DNA of 62,222 nucleotides, counting the filler. It is 4 parts of 4 records of this genome, joined end to end, with 100 filler letters (N's around TTAATTAATTAA, not from the genome) between each part and the next. Parts side by side here need not be neighbours in the genome. Positions count along the whole stretch, not along the records: positions 9,838 to 22,781 come from SRR31156797_1739; 3 more parts are not named here. The stretch is one strand, 5' to 3'. The notes under the pieces are model-generated. The model searched no databases. It saw only the letters and a list, made by a program, of their open reading frames with translations, and was not told the DNA's origin. Positions 9,838 through 20,196 of the stretch are shown here, one piece after another. The position numbers and the translations under genes were made by a program. Every line of letters begins with the position of its first letter. Position 1 is the first letter of the stretch.

Positions 9838-10591
9838 TGTTGACAGAATAGCAATCAAGCATTTTTTAGGATTTGATGATTTAGGATTATATGGAGTTGC
9901 CTACAGAATATCAATGATGTCTACAATTGTTATGTTAGGATTTCAATCTGCTTTAACACCACTTGTTTATAAACACTATAAAGAGCTAAACACTCCTAAT
10001 AATATATCATTAATATTTACAGTTTTTTTCAATTTTGCAGTGATTGTTTTATGTTTTTCCATTTTATTCTCATCTGAACTTATAATGATATTTAGTAATA
10101 ATGAATATTATACAGTAGGTAGTTTAATACCATTTATAGTTGTATCAAACTTTTTAAGTAATATGTATATTTTTGCTCCAGGCTTAAGTATAGAAAAAAA
10201 ATCAAAAATAAAAGCACTTATTATTATTTTTGTTGCTATACTAAATATTATATTAAACTTAGTTTTTATTCCTTTAATAGAATTATATGGAGCTGTAATT
10301 GCAACGTTTATTAGTGCTTTTGTATTTTTTTATCTATATATTAAATTAGGTAATAAATATTACAAGATAGCTTATTATTGGAAAAATAAAATAATTTGCT
10401 TATTGTTTATTGTAATTATTTCATATATATTTTTACTGTTTTTCAATACTAGTAGTTTTTTTATAATTTTATTAAAGATAGTATTATTAACTTTATTGTC
10501 CATATCTTGTTTTTATTTCACAGGATTATTTAAGTCTATAGATATTATAAGTAAAATTAAAAAGTTAAGAAAGGATAAATTTGGGAGATAA
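9838..10591 (+). CDS. Wzx-type polysaccharide flippase, 5'-truncated
   Basis: The frame is open from 9839 (VDRIAIKHFLGFDDLGLYGVAYRIS); multi-TM, with LNIILNLVFIPLIELYGAVIAT typical of flippase C-termini. Confidence 0.85.
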
Positions 10592-11489
10592 AAATTTAAA
10601 CAATAAACCTAACCTTTTTATTATTGGTGCTCCTAAAGCTGGTACTACAGCATTAGTTAATAATTTGGGAGTTCATAATGATATTTTTGTTCCTAATAAT
10701 AAAGAACCAAGGTTTTTTGATTCTCATGTATTTTATGATTATCATGAAGATTATCCTATTAAAGGCTTAGAAGAATATCTTAATAATTATAATTGTGACA
10801 ATGCTATAGATTCAAAATACCTTGTTGATGGAAGTGTTTTTAATATGTATAGTGATGAGTCAATAAAACAAATATTAAAATTATCACCAGATGCAAAGTT
10901 TATTATTATCTTAAGAGACCCCGTTTCTGCTTCAATTTCTATGCATAAACAAAGATTAAAATATAGTGATATAAAGATGAGAGAGGTTTCTGAAAATTTT
11001 ATAGAATGTTGGGATTTATTAGAAAATAGAAAAAATGGTAAAGGTTATCCTCAAGGGTGTAGAAATAAATTTATATTTCGCTATGATTTATTATATTCTT
11101 ATGAAAAATATTTGCCAAGTATAATTAAGTTAATAAATAAAGATAATTTATTTATAGGTATGTATGAAGACTATAAAACTAACCCACAAGAGTTTTATGA
11201 TGAAATATTCGATTTTCTTAGAATAGAAAAAAAAATCATTGAAAATAAAAAGTACAATGATAGTTACGTTGTTAAAAAAACTTTTATATTACAAGGTATA
11301 GAGACTATAGCAAGTATAACATTAAAATTGAGAAAAAAACTTGGTTTAACAGGAGGTATTTTTTCTAAAATGAAAGGAAAAATAATAGATACTCATAAAA
11401 TAAAGATTGAAACGAATAGTGAAAAATTGGAAAAAGTAATAAAGTCTTTTGAGTCAACTTATATTTATTTAAAAGAGTTAAAATCTTGA
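10581..11489 (+). CDS. PAPS-dependent sulfotransferase
   Basis: 5'-PSB motif PNLFIIGAPKAGTT, KEPRFFD, and 3'-PB motif ILRDPVSASIS. Confidence 0.9.
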   Translation: MGDKNLNNKPNLFIIGAPKAGTTALVNNLGVHNDIFVPNNKEPRFFDSHVFYDYHEDYPIKGLEEYLNNYNCDNAIDSKYLVDGSVFNMYSDESIKQILKLSPDAKFIIILRDPVSASISMHKQRLKYSDIKMREVSENFIECWDLLENRKNGKGYPQGCRNKFIFRYDLLYSYEKYLPSIIKLINKDNLFIGMYEDYKTNPQEFYDEIFDFLRIEKKIIENKKYNDSYVVKKTFILQGIETIASITLKLRKKLGLTGGIFSKMKGKIIDTHKIKIETNSEKLEKVIKSFESTYIYLKELKS

Positions 11490-12862
11490 TTATAAAAATA
11501 CCTAAAAACAACGTAATTGAAAGAAAATATATAATTGATATTATATTTAATTACCATTTAGGTATTAATTATAAATTAGAGCTGTTAAATAAAAGTCCAT
11601 ATTGGGAAATAGAGTGTATTAATGGAAATAAAATTTTATTTAATGATTGTTTTTTTAATAGGTTTCAAGAAGATTTGTCATATCTTAAAATTGAAAACAT
11701 TCCTTCAGAAATTTACTCTACTAAAAATGAATTTATATTAGAAAAAGATTTAATAATTATCTATGGTAACTCAAGTCTTGAAATAAGCAATAACAATAAT
11801 ATTAAAAATATTAAGTGTGGTATTGATATTTTTGCTTCATGTTTTTTTATGCTTAGTCGTTGGGAAGAATATGTAAATAAAAAAAGAGACACTCATGATA
11901 GGTTTGTTTCAAGTGAAAGCTTGGCCTTTAAAAATAATTTTTTAAAGAGACCTATAGTAAATGAATATATCGAAATGTTAAAAAATATGTTATTATCGAT
12001 AGATAATAATATTAGATTTAAAATTCATAAGTCTAATACGTTTGTTTCTTGTGATGTAGATGAACCATTTGATTGTACAGTAAAAAATATTTTTCAATTA
12101 CTTAAAGTTGGTACTGCTGATATTATAAAACGAAAAAATTTAAAAGAATTTAATAATAGAATTAAAAGATATATTTTTAATAAACAAGGTAATTATAAAT
12201 ATGATTTAAATTATACCTTTGAGTGGTATATGGATGTTTGTGAAGAAGCAGGATTAAAAATAAATTTTTATTTTATTCCAACTAGTTATGAAAAAGGAAA
12301 TGCTTGCTATAGTTTAAAAGATAAAAATATAATTGAACTAATTAAATATATTACTATTAGAGGTCATAATATTGGTGTTCATGGTAGTTATCAAACTTAT
12401 AATGATAAAGTGAAAGCAAAAAGACAAAAAGAGATTCTAGAAAATACTTTAAAACAATTATTTATTCCTCAAAATATAAAAGGGAATAGACAACATTACT
12501 TAAGGTGGGACAGTTCACTTACTCCTAGCGTTTTGGAATATTCAGAGTTTGAATATGATACCTCAGGTGGTTATGCTGATATGTGTGGATTCAGATATGG
12601 AATATGTCACGATTTTCCAATGTTTGACTTTATAAATAGGAAAAAACTTAAGTTAAAACAAAGACCTTTAATTGTTATGGAATGTACAGTAATAGATGAA
12701 ATATATTTAGGGTTTGGTTATTCAGAAAAAAGTTATAAATTAATGAGTGATTTAAAGCAAAAATGCTTTAAATATAATGGTAATTTTACATTACTTTGGC
12801 ATAATAACCATTTTAAAACCCAAGAGGATAAAAAACTATTTAAGGCAATTATTAATATATGA
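11486..12862 (+). CDS. Polysaccharide deacetylase family protein (CE4/NodB-like C-terminal domain)
   Basis: DIFASCFFMLSRWEE N-terminal domain; SCDVD, GVHGSY, RQHYLR and LLWHN motifs. Confidence 0.82.
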   Translation: MIIKIPKNNVIERKYIIDIIFNYHLGINYKLELLNKSPYWEIECINGNKILFNDCFFNRFQEDLSYLKIENIPSEIYSTKNEFILEKDLIIIYGNSSLEISNNNNIKNIKCGIDIFASCFFMLSRWEEYVNKKRDTHDRFVSSESLAFKNNFLKRPIVNEYIEMLKNMLLSIDNNIRFKIHKSNTFVSCDVDEPFDCTVKNIFQLLKVGTADIIKRKNLKEFNNRIKRYIFNKQGNYKYDLNYTFEWYMDVCEEAGLKINFYFIPTSYEKGNACYSLKDKNIIELIKYITIRGHNIGVHGSYQTYNDKVKAKRQKEILENTLKQLFIPQNIKGNRQHYLRWDSSLTPSVLEYSEFEYDTSGGYADMCGFRYGICHDFPMFDFINRKKLKLKQRPLIVMECTVIDEIYLGFGYSEKSYKLMSDLKQKCFKYNGNFTLLWHNNHFKTQEDKKLFKAIINI

Positions 12863-13986
12863 AGATATTACATTTAACTCATACAGATATTAATTCGGAT
12901 TCAAGAATTTTAAAAGAGATACAAAGTTTAGCAAAAAAAGAAAATTACAAGCTATTTGGTATTGGAATAGAAAGGAATGATGAAAGAAAATCTTCTAATT
13001 CTGAGAATAATATCACTATACATTCTCTTGAAATAAAAAGTAGAAATATCAATTTATTTTCATCTTCATTAAAGTACATAATTATATTAATTGAATTTTA
13101 CATAAAAATATTTTTATTAGCATTAAAAATAAAGCCAAATGTTATTCATTGTCACGATATAGGTGTATTACCTATAGGTGCAATAATAAAAATATTTATA
13201 AAGTCAAAATTAATATATGATGCTCATGAATTAGAATCAAAAAAGAATGGAATTAGTATTAGAGAAGGTAAGTTTATATTTTTTTTAGAAAAATTACTTT
13301 GGAAATATATAGATAACTTAATCATAGTTAGTCCTTCAATTAAAAAATGGTATAGAAGAGCTTTTGATAATAAAAAATCTGATGTTATAATGAATTCTCC
13401 TATCCTTAAAGATTATAGTTCTAGTTTTGATAGTGCTTATTTAAGAAATAAATTTAATATTGAAGAAGGTAAAAAAATATTTATTTATGTTGGTTTATTA
13501 TCTAAGGGGAGAGGAATTGAAATATTATTAGATATTTTTAAAATGGACGATATTGAATCACATATAGTTTTTCTTGGATATGGTGAGTTAGATGAAGAAA
13601 TACTGAAAATGAGTGATTTACATAATAATATTCATTTACATAATTCAGTTTCTCATGAAAAGGTAGTACCAATAGCTAAAAGTGCGGATGTAGGCCTTTG
13701 TTTTATTCAAAATATATCATTAAGTGATTATTATTGTCTTCCTAATAAGTTATTTGAATATGCTTTTTCAGGTATACCAGTATTAGCTTCGGATTTTCCA
13801 GATATTAAAAAAGTTGTAAATAGATATAAGCTTGGTAAATGCAGTTCAATGACAGAGAAATCAATGTATGAAACAATTAAAGAATTCGAATCTATGGAAA
13901 AAATTGAAAAAATTGAAGTTTCTTTAGATACTTTAACTTGGAATGCACAAGAAGAAAAAATTCATGCAATATACCAAGAAATTTAA
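12859..13986 (+). CDS. GT4 glycosyltransferase
   Basis: DSRILKE, IYDAHELE and YCLPNKLFEY motifs. Confidence 0.9.
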   Translation: MKILHLTHTDINSDSRILKEIQSLAKKENYKLFGIGIERNDERKSSNSENNITIHSLEIKSRNINLFSSSLKYIIILIEFYIKIFLLALKIKPNVIHCHDIGVLPIGAIIKIFIKSKLIYDAHELESKKNGISIREGKFIFFLEKLLWKYIDNLIIVSPSIKKWYRRAFDNKKSDVIMNSPILKDYSSSFDSAYLRNKFNIEEGKKIFIYVGLLSKGRGIEILLDIFKMDDIESHIVFLGYGELDEEILKMSDLHNNIHLHNSVSHEKVVPIAKSADVGLCFIQNISLSDYYCLPNKLFEYAFSGIPVLASDFPDIKKVVNRYKLGKCSSMTEKSMYETIKEFESMEKIEKIEVSLDTLTWNAQEEKIHAIYQEI

Positions 13987-13997
13987 AGTTACTTTTC

Positions 13998-15287
13998 ATG
14001 TTAAATAAATTTTTAAGTAAACAGTCAGATTATTTTAAAAGTATAGTTACGTTGATTAGTGGTACAACAATTTCACAAGCTATACCTATTTTAGTAAGTC
14101 CTATACTTACTAGATTATATACCCCTGAAGATTTTGGTGTTTTTGCCTTATTTTTTTCCATTAGTGTAATCTTAGGAAGTATTGCCAATGCAAGATATGA
14201 GCATGCTATTATGTTACCTAAAAAAGATACTGATGCTATTAATATATTAGCTTTAGGATTAATAATATCATCTATCCTATTTTTTATATTACTTTTACTT
14301 GTCTTTGTATTCGGTGATTTCTTTATATCTATATTTAATTATAAAGAAATGGCTACTTGGATCTATATAATTCCTTTTGCAGTTTTTTTTATTGGTTTTT
14401 TTAATGTTCTTAATTATTTTAATAATAGAAAAAAGAATTATAAAGATATTTCAACTGCATTGGTTTTTAAGTCCTTAGTTCTTGTTATTGTTCAAGTGTT
14501 TGTTGGTATAACAAATATAAGTTCAATAGGATTAATTTTAGGTGAATTATTCTCAAGAGTTTTTGCTAATTATAAACTTTTAAAAAATGTTATAAAAGAT
14601 AAATCTTTAACGCCTTCTATTTCCTTTTTAAAGATTTTTGCAGGTGCTAAAAAGTATAAAAAATTTCCTATATATAACTTACCATCTACTTTAGCTAATA
14701 CTTTAGCATCATATTTGCCTTTTTTATTACTTCCTAAGATTTTTGGATTAGCAATTGGCGGTCATTTTATGTTAGCACAAAATCTTATTTCCATACCAAG
14801 TTCGATTATTGCAAAATCTTTTTCTCAAGTTTTATTTCAAAAGATGGCAGAAAATAGAATTAAAAAAATAGACAATTTACCATTATTGTTAATTACAATC
14901 AAAAAACTTATTATTATTGGTTTGCCTATTTCTCTATGTATATATTTATTAAGTCCTATTCTTTTTAGTTATGTGTTTGGTAAAGATTGGATAATTGCAG
15001 GAGAAATAGCTAGTTTATTATCTATTGTATTTTTTGTTACTTTTGTTACTTCAACTGTAAGTGTAGCTTTATTAGTCTATAGTGAATTAGAAATTCTTGC
15101 TAGATGGCAATATGTGTATTTGTTTTCAAGTGTTTTATTATTCTCATCATTTTTCTATTTTGATTTTAACTTAAATGAGTTTTTATTCTATTTTATATGT
15201 CATGAAGTTATTTTATATTTTATTTATTTATTTATAATAATTCGTACGGTTTTAAAAATGGATAAACTAAAGGTAGAAAATGATTAA
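13998..15287 (+). CDS. wzx: Wzx O-antigen flippase
   Basis: SGTTISQAIPILVSPILTRLYTPEDFG, YKKFPIY, about 12 TMs; start moved to ATG 13998. Confidence 0.88.
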   Translation: MLNKFLSKQSDYFKSIVTLISGTTISQAIPILVSPILTRLYTPEDFGVFALFFSISVILGSIANARYEHAIMLPKKDTDAINILALGLIISSILFFILLLLVFVFGDFFISIFNYKEMATWIYIIPFAVFFIGFFNVLNYFNNRKKNYKDISTALVFKSLVLVIVQVFVGITNISSIGLILGELFSRVFANYKLLKNVIKDKSLTPSISFLKIFAGAKKYKKFPIYNLPSTLANTLASYLPFLLLPKIFGLAIGGHFMLAQNLISIPSSIIAKSFSQVLFQKMAENRIKKIDNLPLLLITIKKLIIIGLPISLCIYLLSPILFSYVFGKDWIIAGEIASLLSIVFFVTFVTSTVSVALLVYSELEILARWQYVYLFSSVLLFSSFFYFDFNLNEFLFYFICHEVILYFIYLFIIIRTVLKMDKLKVEND

Positions 15288-16539
15288 AAAAATTGAGAAT
15301 CTTTCTATTAACTTTGAGTTGTTCTTGCTCGTACTATTAAAAATTGTGTTTGATATTGGGTATTTTTATATTCATAAAACATATGGTCGACTCTATTATC
15401 CTTTTGATTTTGATATTACTAATTATATACTATCATGGATATTTGCAATATCAATTTATGTGGCTTTACTTTATAAAAGAAGTATTAATATTTTTATTAT
15501 TTTTTTATTATTGTATATTCTATATGTATTGCCAATTATTGTTTATTTTAGTTTTAATGATAGTAGTTTACTCCATTTATTTTATTTAATTATACCTTAT
15601 TTAATAATGTTATTATCAATTAATAATTTAGATTTTTCTAGAAGAGTTAATTATTCAATTAAAGCTAAGTATATTGTAATAATTAGTATTTTACTATCAT
15701 TAATAGTTCTGGTTCACTTAATATGGGTTTCAAACGGTGAATTTGTTATTGACTTGAGAAAAGTATATGGTTTCCGTGAGCAATATAATTCATTAAGTAA
15801 TATTGGTTTATGGGGTTACCTAAACCCATGGGTATTTAAAATATTTTCACTATTTATTTTAGCTTGGTCTTTGTATAATAAAAAGTTTTTATTATCAGCT
15901 TTTACAATAATTCTTATGTTCTTATTTTTTATTTTCACAGGACATAAAAGCATTTTCTTAAGTTTGTTTATATTAATTTTCTTTTTTATCTTACTAAAAT
16001 TCAATTGGAATAGAATAGTTGTTTTATTATTATGTATTTTATTCTTTTTGTGTATAATTCCATTAGATTATATTTTTGATGATTATATGTATAGTTCAGT
16101 TTTTATTAGGCGTTTACTTTTTGTTCATGCAAAATTAAGCTTTACATATTTTGAGTTTTTTAGTAGTAATGAATTTGTATATTGGTCAAATGGAATATTG
16201 AAATCATTCTTTAGTTATCCCTATGATAAAAATTTCACATTGATAATTGGAGAATATCTTAACATGCCTGGCACTAATTCTAATACTGGATTCCTTGCTA
16301 CAGGGTATATGCATGCTGGATTTTTTGGTATAATACTATACACCTTAATAGGCACATTAATTTTATTGGTAATTAATAACTTTATATCTAGTGAAACAAA
16401 GTTTATTAAAATAAGTATAGTTTTTTTACCAATATATATTTTTTTCACAACATCTGATTTGTTGACAACCTTACTTACACATGGTTTGTTTATAGCTATA
16501 TTACTAGTTGTTCTTTTACCAAAATATTATAAAATATAG
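15280..16539 (+). CDS. Putative O-antigen polymerase (Wzy-like integral membrane protein)
   Basis: About 11-12 TMs with one larger late periplasmic loop, directly after wzx. The call is inferred from topology and context. Confidence 0.6.
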   Translation: MIKKIENLSINFELFLLVLLKIVFDIGYFYIHKTYGRLYYPFDFDITNYILSWIFAISIYVALLYKRSINIFIIFLLLYILYVLPIIVYFSFNDSSLLHLFYLIIPYLIMLLSINNLDFSRRVNYSIKAKYIVIISILLSLIVLVHLIWVSNGEFVIDLRKVYGFREQYNSLSNIGLWGYLNPWVFKIFSLFILAWSLYNKKFLLSAFTIILMFLFFIFTGHKSIFLSLFILIFFFILLKFNWNRIVVLLLCILFFLCIIPLDYIFDDYMYSSVFIRRLLFVHAKLSFTYFEFFSSNEFVYWSNGILKSFFSYPYDKNFTLIIGEYLNMPGTNSNTGFLATGYMHAGFFGIILYTLIGTLILLVINNFISSETKFIKISIVFLPIYIFFTTSDLLTTLLTHGLFIAILLVVLLPKYYKI

Positions 16540-16552
16540 AAATAGGAGTTAT

Positions 16553-17158
16553 ATGATAGCAATACTTGATTACGGAGTAGGAAATTTAAAATCAATATAT
16601 AACATGTTTAAAAAAGTTGGTGTAGAATCAATTATTACATCTGATATTGATCAAATAAAAAAAGCTGATAAATATTTATTGCCAGGTGTTGGCTCTTTTG
16701 ATTATGGTATAAATAGCTTAAAAAAAGCAGACTTTTTTTTAACATTAGAACATGAAGTCCTTAGAAACAAAAAACCAATATTAGGCATTTGTTTAGGCAT
16801 GCAATTATTAACAAATCGAAGTGATGAAGGAAATGAAAAAGGACTTGGTTGGATTGATGCTCAAACATTAAAGTTTGAACTTGACGATAAAAGTCTAGTT
16901 ATTCCTCATATGGGATGGAATAAAACTTATTCCACTGCAAATGAAACAATATTTAAAGATTTAGATGAAAATAGATTTTATTTTGTACATTCATATCATG
17001 TTGTCTGTAATAATAAGGAGAATATATTAGCAACAGCTAATTATGGAGAAGAATTTACATGTAGTATTTACAAAGATAATATTTTTGGTGTTCAATTTCA
17101 TCCTGAAAAAAGTCATAAGTTTGGTATGAAATTATTTAAAAACTTTGGAGATATGTAA
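16553..17158 (+). CDS. hisH: Class I glutamine amidotransferase, HisH2/WbuY-type
   Basis: MIAILDYGVGN, PGVGSF, GICLGMQ and QFHPEKS; a polysaccharide-cluster paralogue. Confidence 0.9.
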   Translation: MIAILDYGVGNLKSIYNMFKKVGVESIITSDIDQIKKADKYLLPGVGSFDYGINSLKKADFFLTLEHEVLRNKKPILGICLGMQLLTNRSDEGNEKGLGWIDAQTLKFELDDKSLVIPHMGWNKTYSTANETIFKDLDENRFYFVHSYHVVCNNKENILATANYGEEFTCSIYKDNIFGVQFHPEKSHKFGMKLFKNFGDM

Positions 17159-17159
17159 A

Positions 17160-17921
17160 ATGGTACAAAAGAGAGTTATTCCTTGTTTATTATTACATAA
17201 AGGTGGATTATATAAAACTGAAAAATTTAAAAAACCGACATATATTGGTGACCCAATAAATGCAATTAAAATTTTCAATGAAAAAGAAGTTGATGAATTA
17301 ATGTTTATAGATATTGATGCAAGCTCAAAAAATCAAGAGCCAAACTATAAGATGATTGAAGATATAGCTAGTGAATGTTTTATGCCCTTATGTTATGGTG
17401 GAGGTATAAAAAATATTGATCAAATGAAAAAAATATATGCGTTAGGTGTTGAAAAAATATCAATTAGTTCTGAAGCTGTATTAAATCCTCAACTTATACA
17501 AGAAGCATCAAATTTATTTGGAAGCCAATCAATTATAGTAACAATTGATGTCAAAAAAGATTTTTGGGGAAGAAAAAAAGTTTTTATTAAAAATGGCAAA
17601 AAAAATACTAAACTTGATGTAATTGATTTCATAAAAAAAGTTCAAGATTTAGGTGCAGGTGAAATTGTAATAAACTCTATTGATAACGATGGTGTAATGA
17701 ATGGCTTTGATATTGAACTTTTTAAAGAGATAAAAAATAATACTAATGTACCTATAATTGCTCTTGGTGGAGCAGGAAACCTTAATCATATACAGGAACT
17801 TTTTAAAAAGTCAAATATTGATGCAGTTTCATGTGGTAGTATTTTTGTATATAAAGGTCCATTAAAAGGGGTACTTATTAGCTATCCCCCATATGATGAA
17901 ATTCAGTTGTTATTAAAATAA
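17160..17921 (+). CDS. hisF: HisF2/WbuZ/AglZ-type acetamidino modification protein
   Basis: RVIPCLLL, YIGDPINAIKIFNEKEVDEL, and C-terminal GVLISYP typical of the HisF2 subfamily. Confidence 0.88.
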   Translation: MVQKRVIPCLLLHKGGLYKTEKFKKPTYIGDPINAIKIFNEKEVDELMFIDIDASSKNQEPNYKMIEDIASECFMPLCYGGGIKNIDQMKKIYALGVEKISISSEAVLNPQLIQEASNLFGSQSIIVTIDVKKDFWGRKKVFIKNGKKNTKLDVIDFIKKVQDLGAGEIVINSIDNDGVMNGFDIELFKEIKNNTNVPIIALGGAGNLNHIQELFKKSNIDAVSCGSIFVYKGPLKGVLISYPPYDEIQLLLK

Positions 17922-17931
17922 GGATTATAAG

Positions 17932-19059
17932 TTGAACGAAAATAATATTAAAATATGTAAAAGATGTGTGATGGACTCTACTATAAAAGTTATAGAGTTT
18001 GATGATAATGGAGTTTGCGATTATTGTAAAACGTATGAGCATAGAGTTGCAAATGAAATATTAAAAGAGCCAATTAGAAGTGAAAAGTTAAATCAATTAA
18101 TAGAACAAATAAAAGCAGATGGAAAAAACAAACAATATGATTGTATCATCGGTGTAAGTGGTGGTGTAGATAGTAGTTATGTTGCACATTTAGTAAAAGA
18201 GTTTGGACTTAGGCCATTAGCTCTTCATCTTGATAATGGATGGAATAGTGAACTTGCAGTTAAAAATATTCAACAGTTATTAGATAAATTAAATATCGAT
18301 TTATATACTCATGTTATAGAATGGGAAGAGTTTAAGGATTTACAAAAAGCTTTTATTAAGTCTTCTATAGAGAATATAGAAATAGCATCTGACCATGCAA
18401 TTAACGCATTATTACTAAAAATGGCGGATAAATACAATATTAAATATATATTAAATGGTAGTAATTTAGTTACTGAAGGAATTTTAGCTAAACAAGGTGG
18501 TAAAGATATTGACTATAGGTTATTAAAAGATATTCATAACAAATTTGGTACAAAACCATTAAAAACTTATCCTTCAATTAGTATTTGGAGTTTTGCATAT
18601 AAGGTATTAGTAAAAAAAATTAAATATATACCTTTTTTAAATTATGTAGATTATAACAAAGAAGAAGCAATTGAATTACTTGAAGAAAAGTATGGATGGA
18701 GAAGATATGGTGGGAAACACTATGAATCAATTTTTACGAGATTTTTTCAAGGATATATTTTACCAAATAAATTTAATTACGATAAAAGAAAATGTCACTT
18801 TGCATCGATGATTATGTCAGACCAAATATCAAGAGAGGATGCATTAGAAGAGTTAAAACAAAATCCATACCCTAATCAAAAACTATTTGAAGAAGACTTA
18901 GAGTTTTTCTTAAAGAAACTAGATTTTACAAAAGAAGAATTTGAAAAAATTATGAATGAAATACCAAAAGAACCTACTGATTATAAGTCTTATGAAATGA
19001 TGTTTGAAAAGTTGGCACCATTGGCTTTAAAAATTAAAGAGTATGCAAAAGGTAACTAG
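17932..19059 (+). CDS. N-acetyl sugar amidotransferase (WbuX/WbpG/PseA-like)
   Basis: CKRC and CDYC cysteine pairs, PP-loop SGGVDS, LDNGWNSELA, YGGKHYES. Confidence 0.9.
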   Translation: MNENNIKICKRCVMDSTIKVIEFDDNGVCDYCKTYEHRVANEILKEPIRSEKLNQLIEQIKADGKNKQYDCIIGVSGGVDSSYVAHLVKEFGLRPLALHLDNGWNSELAVKNIQQLLDKLNIDLYTHVIEWEEFKDLQKAFIKSSIENIEIASDHAINALLLKMADKYNIKYILNGSNLVTEGILAKQGGKDIDYRLLKDIHNKFGTKPLKTYPSISIWSFAYKVLVKKIKYIPFLNYVDYNKEEAIELLEEKYGWRRYGGKHYESIFTRFFQGYILPNKFNYDKRKCHFASMIMSDQISREDALEELKQNPYPNQKLFEEDLEFFLKKLDFTKEEFEKIMNEIPKEPTDYKSYEMMFEKLAPLALKIKEYAKGN

Positions 19060-20182
19060 TGTGAGAAATATTAATATTCACATTTATCCTAGTGTTATGA
19101 CTAATGAAAGTAGGATGTTTAAAGAATCCAAATTTATTTCTAGTTTAAATAAATTTGATAAAATAATACTTTTTGGTGTTAGTGGAGATGGTTTAAAAAA
19201 AGAAGAGATTTATTATGAAAATATAATAATAAAAAGAATAGACTTTTTTAATTTAAAGAGTAGAATTGCACAATATTTATATTATTATTTTTATTTGTTT
19301 TTTTATATTATAATTTGTCAACCTAAGCAAATAAATATTCATACTTTAGAGTTTTTACCCTTTGCGTTACTTGCAAAAGTTTTTAGATTAAGAGTAATTT
19401 ATGATACTCATGAATTAGAGACTCAAAAGAACAATTTACATGGATTTAGAAAGAAAGTTTCTAAAGTAATAGAGAAGAGTTTTATTAAATTCACTGATAA
19501 GGTAATTGTTGTGGGTGAAGCAATTGCTGATGAATATAAAAAAAATTACCCATCAATGAAAAGACCATATGTTGTTTTAAATTGCCCTAATTATAAATCA
19601 ATAGAAAATGAACATGATATTTTTAGACAAAAGTTTAATTTATCAGATGATACTATGATTTTTTTGTATCAAGGTGAATTTGGATTAGGAAGAAATATAC
19701 AAAAACTTATTTCAGCTTTTTCTAAAATCAATGATTCTAAAAAAGTTATCGTATTTATGGGCTTTGGCGACTTAGAAAAAGAAGTGGTGGATGCATCATT
19801 AAAAAATGATAATATTTTTTTTCATGAAGCAGTTAGCCCTGATGTTTTATTAAATTATACTTCTTCTGCTGATTTAGGTATCTCAGCAATTGAAAATACA
19901 AGTCAAAGTTATAATTATTGTATGCCTAATAAGATGTTTGAATACATAATGGCAAATCTTCCTATAATAGTGACAAACTTATATGAAATGAGCAATTTTG
20001 TAAGTAAAAATAAAGTTGGATTTATACTTGAAAATGACTCAGTTAATGAGATAATAAAATTAGTTAATTCAATTGATTTTAAAGTATTAGACTCATTTAA
20101 AGATAATATTAAAGAAGCAAAATTAAAATATACATGGGAAGAACAAAAAAAAGTATTACATAGTGTATATAAAGATATATAA
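19043..20182 (+). CDS. GT4 glycosyltransferase (paralogue of 12859-13986)
   Basis: ESRMFKE, IYDTHELE and YCMPNKMFEY; the start may be GTG 19061. Confidence 0.88.
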   Translation: MQKVTSVRNINIHIYPSVMTNESRMFKESKFISSLNKFDKIILFGVSGDGLKKEEIYYENIIIKRIDFFNLKSRIAQYLYYYFYLFFYIIICQPKQINIHTLEFLPFALLAKVFRLRVIYDTHELETQKNNLHGFRKKVSKVIEKSFIKFTDKVIVVGEAIADEYKKNYPSMKRPYVVLNCPNYKSIENEHDIFRQKFNLSDDTMIFLYQGEFGLGRNIQKLISAFSKINDSKKVIVFMGFGDLEKEVVDASLKNDNIFFHEAVSPDVLLNYTSSADLGISAIENTSQSYNYCMPNKMFEYIMANLPIIVTNLYEMSNFVSKNKVGFILENDSVNEIIKLVNSIDFKVLDSFKDNIKEAKLKYTWEEQKKVLHSVYKDI

Positions 20183-20196
20183 AAGGAAAATATTAA

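Noticed and set aside
11227..11235. A9 tract in the sulfotransferase as a phase-variation switch
   Set aside because: A/T runs of this length are common in such AT-rich DNA, the frame is intact, and I saw no long poly-G/C tracts.
16553..17921. hisH/hisF as a histidine biosynthesis operon
   Set aside because: No other his genes are present; HisF2-type motifs and adjacency to a WbuX-like gene point to glycan modification.
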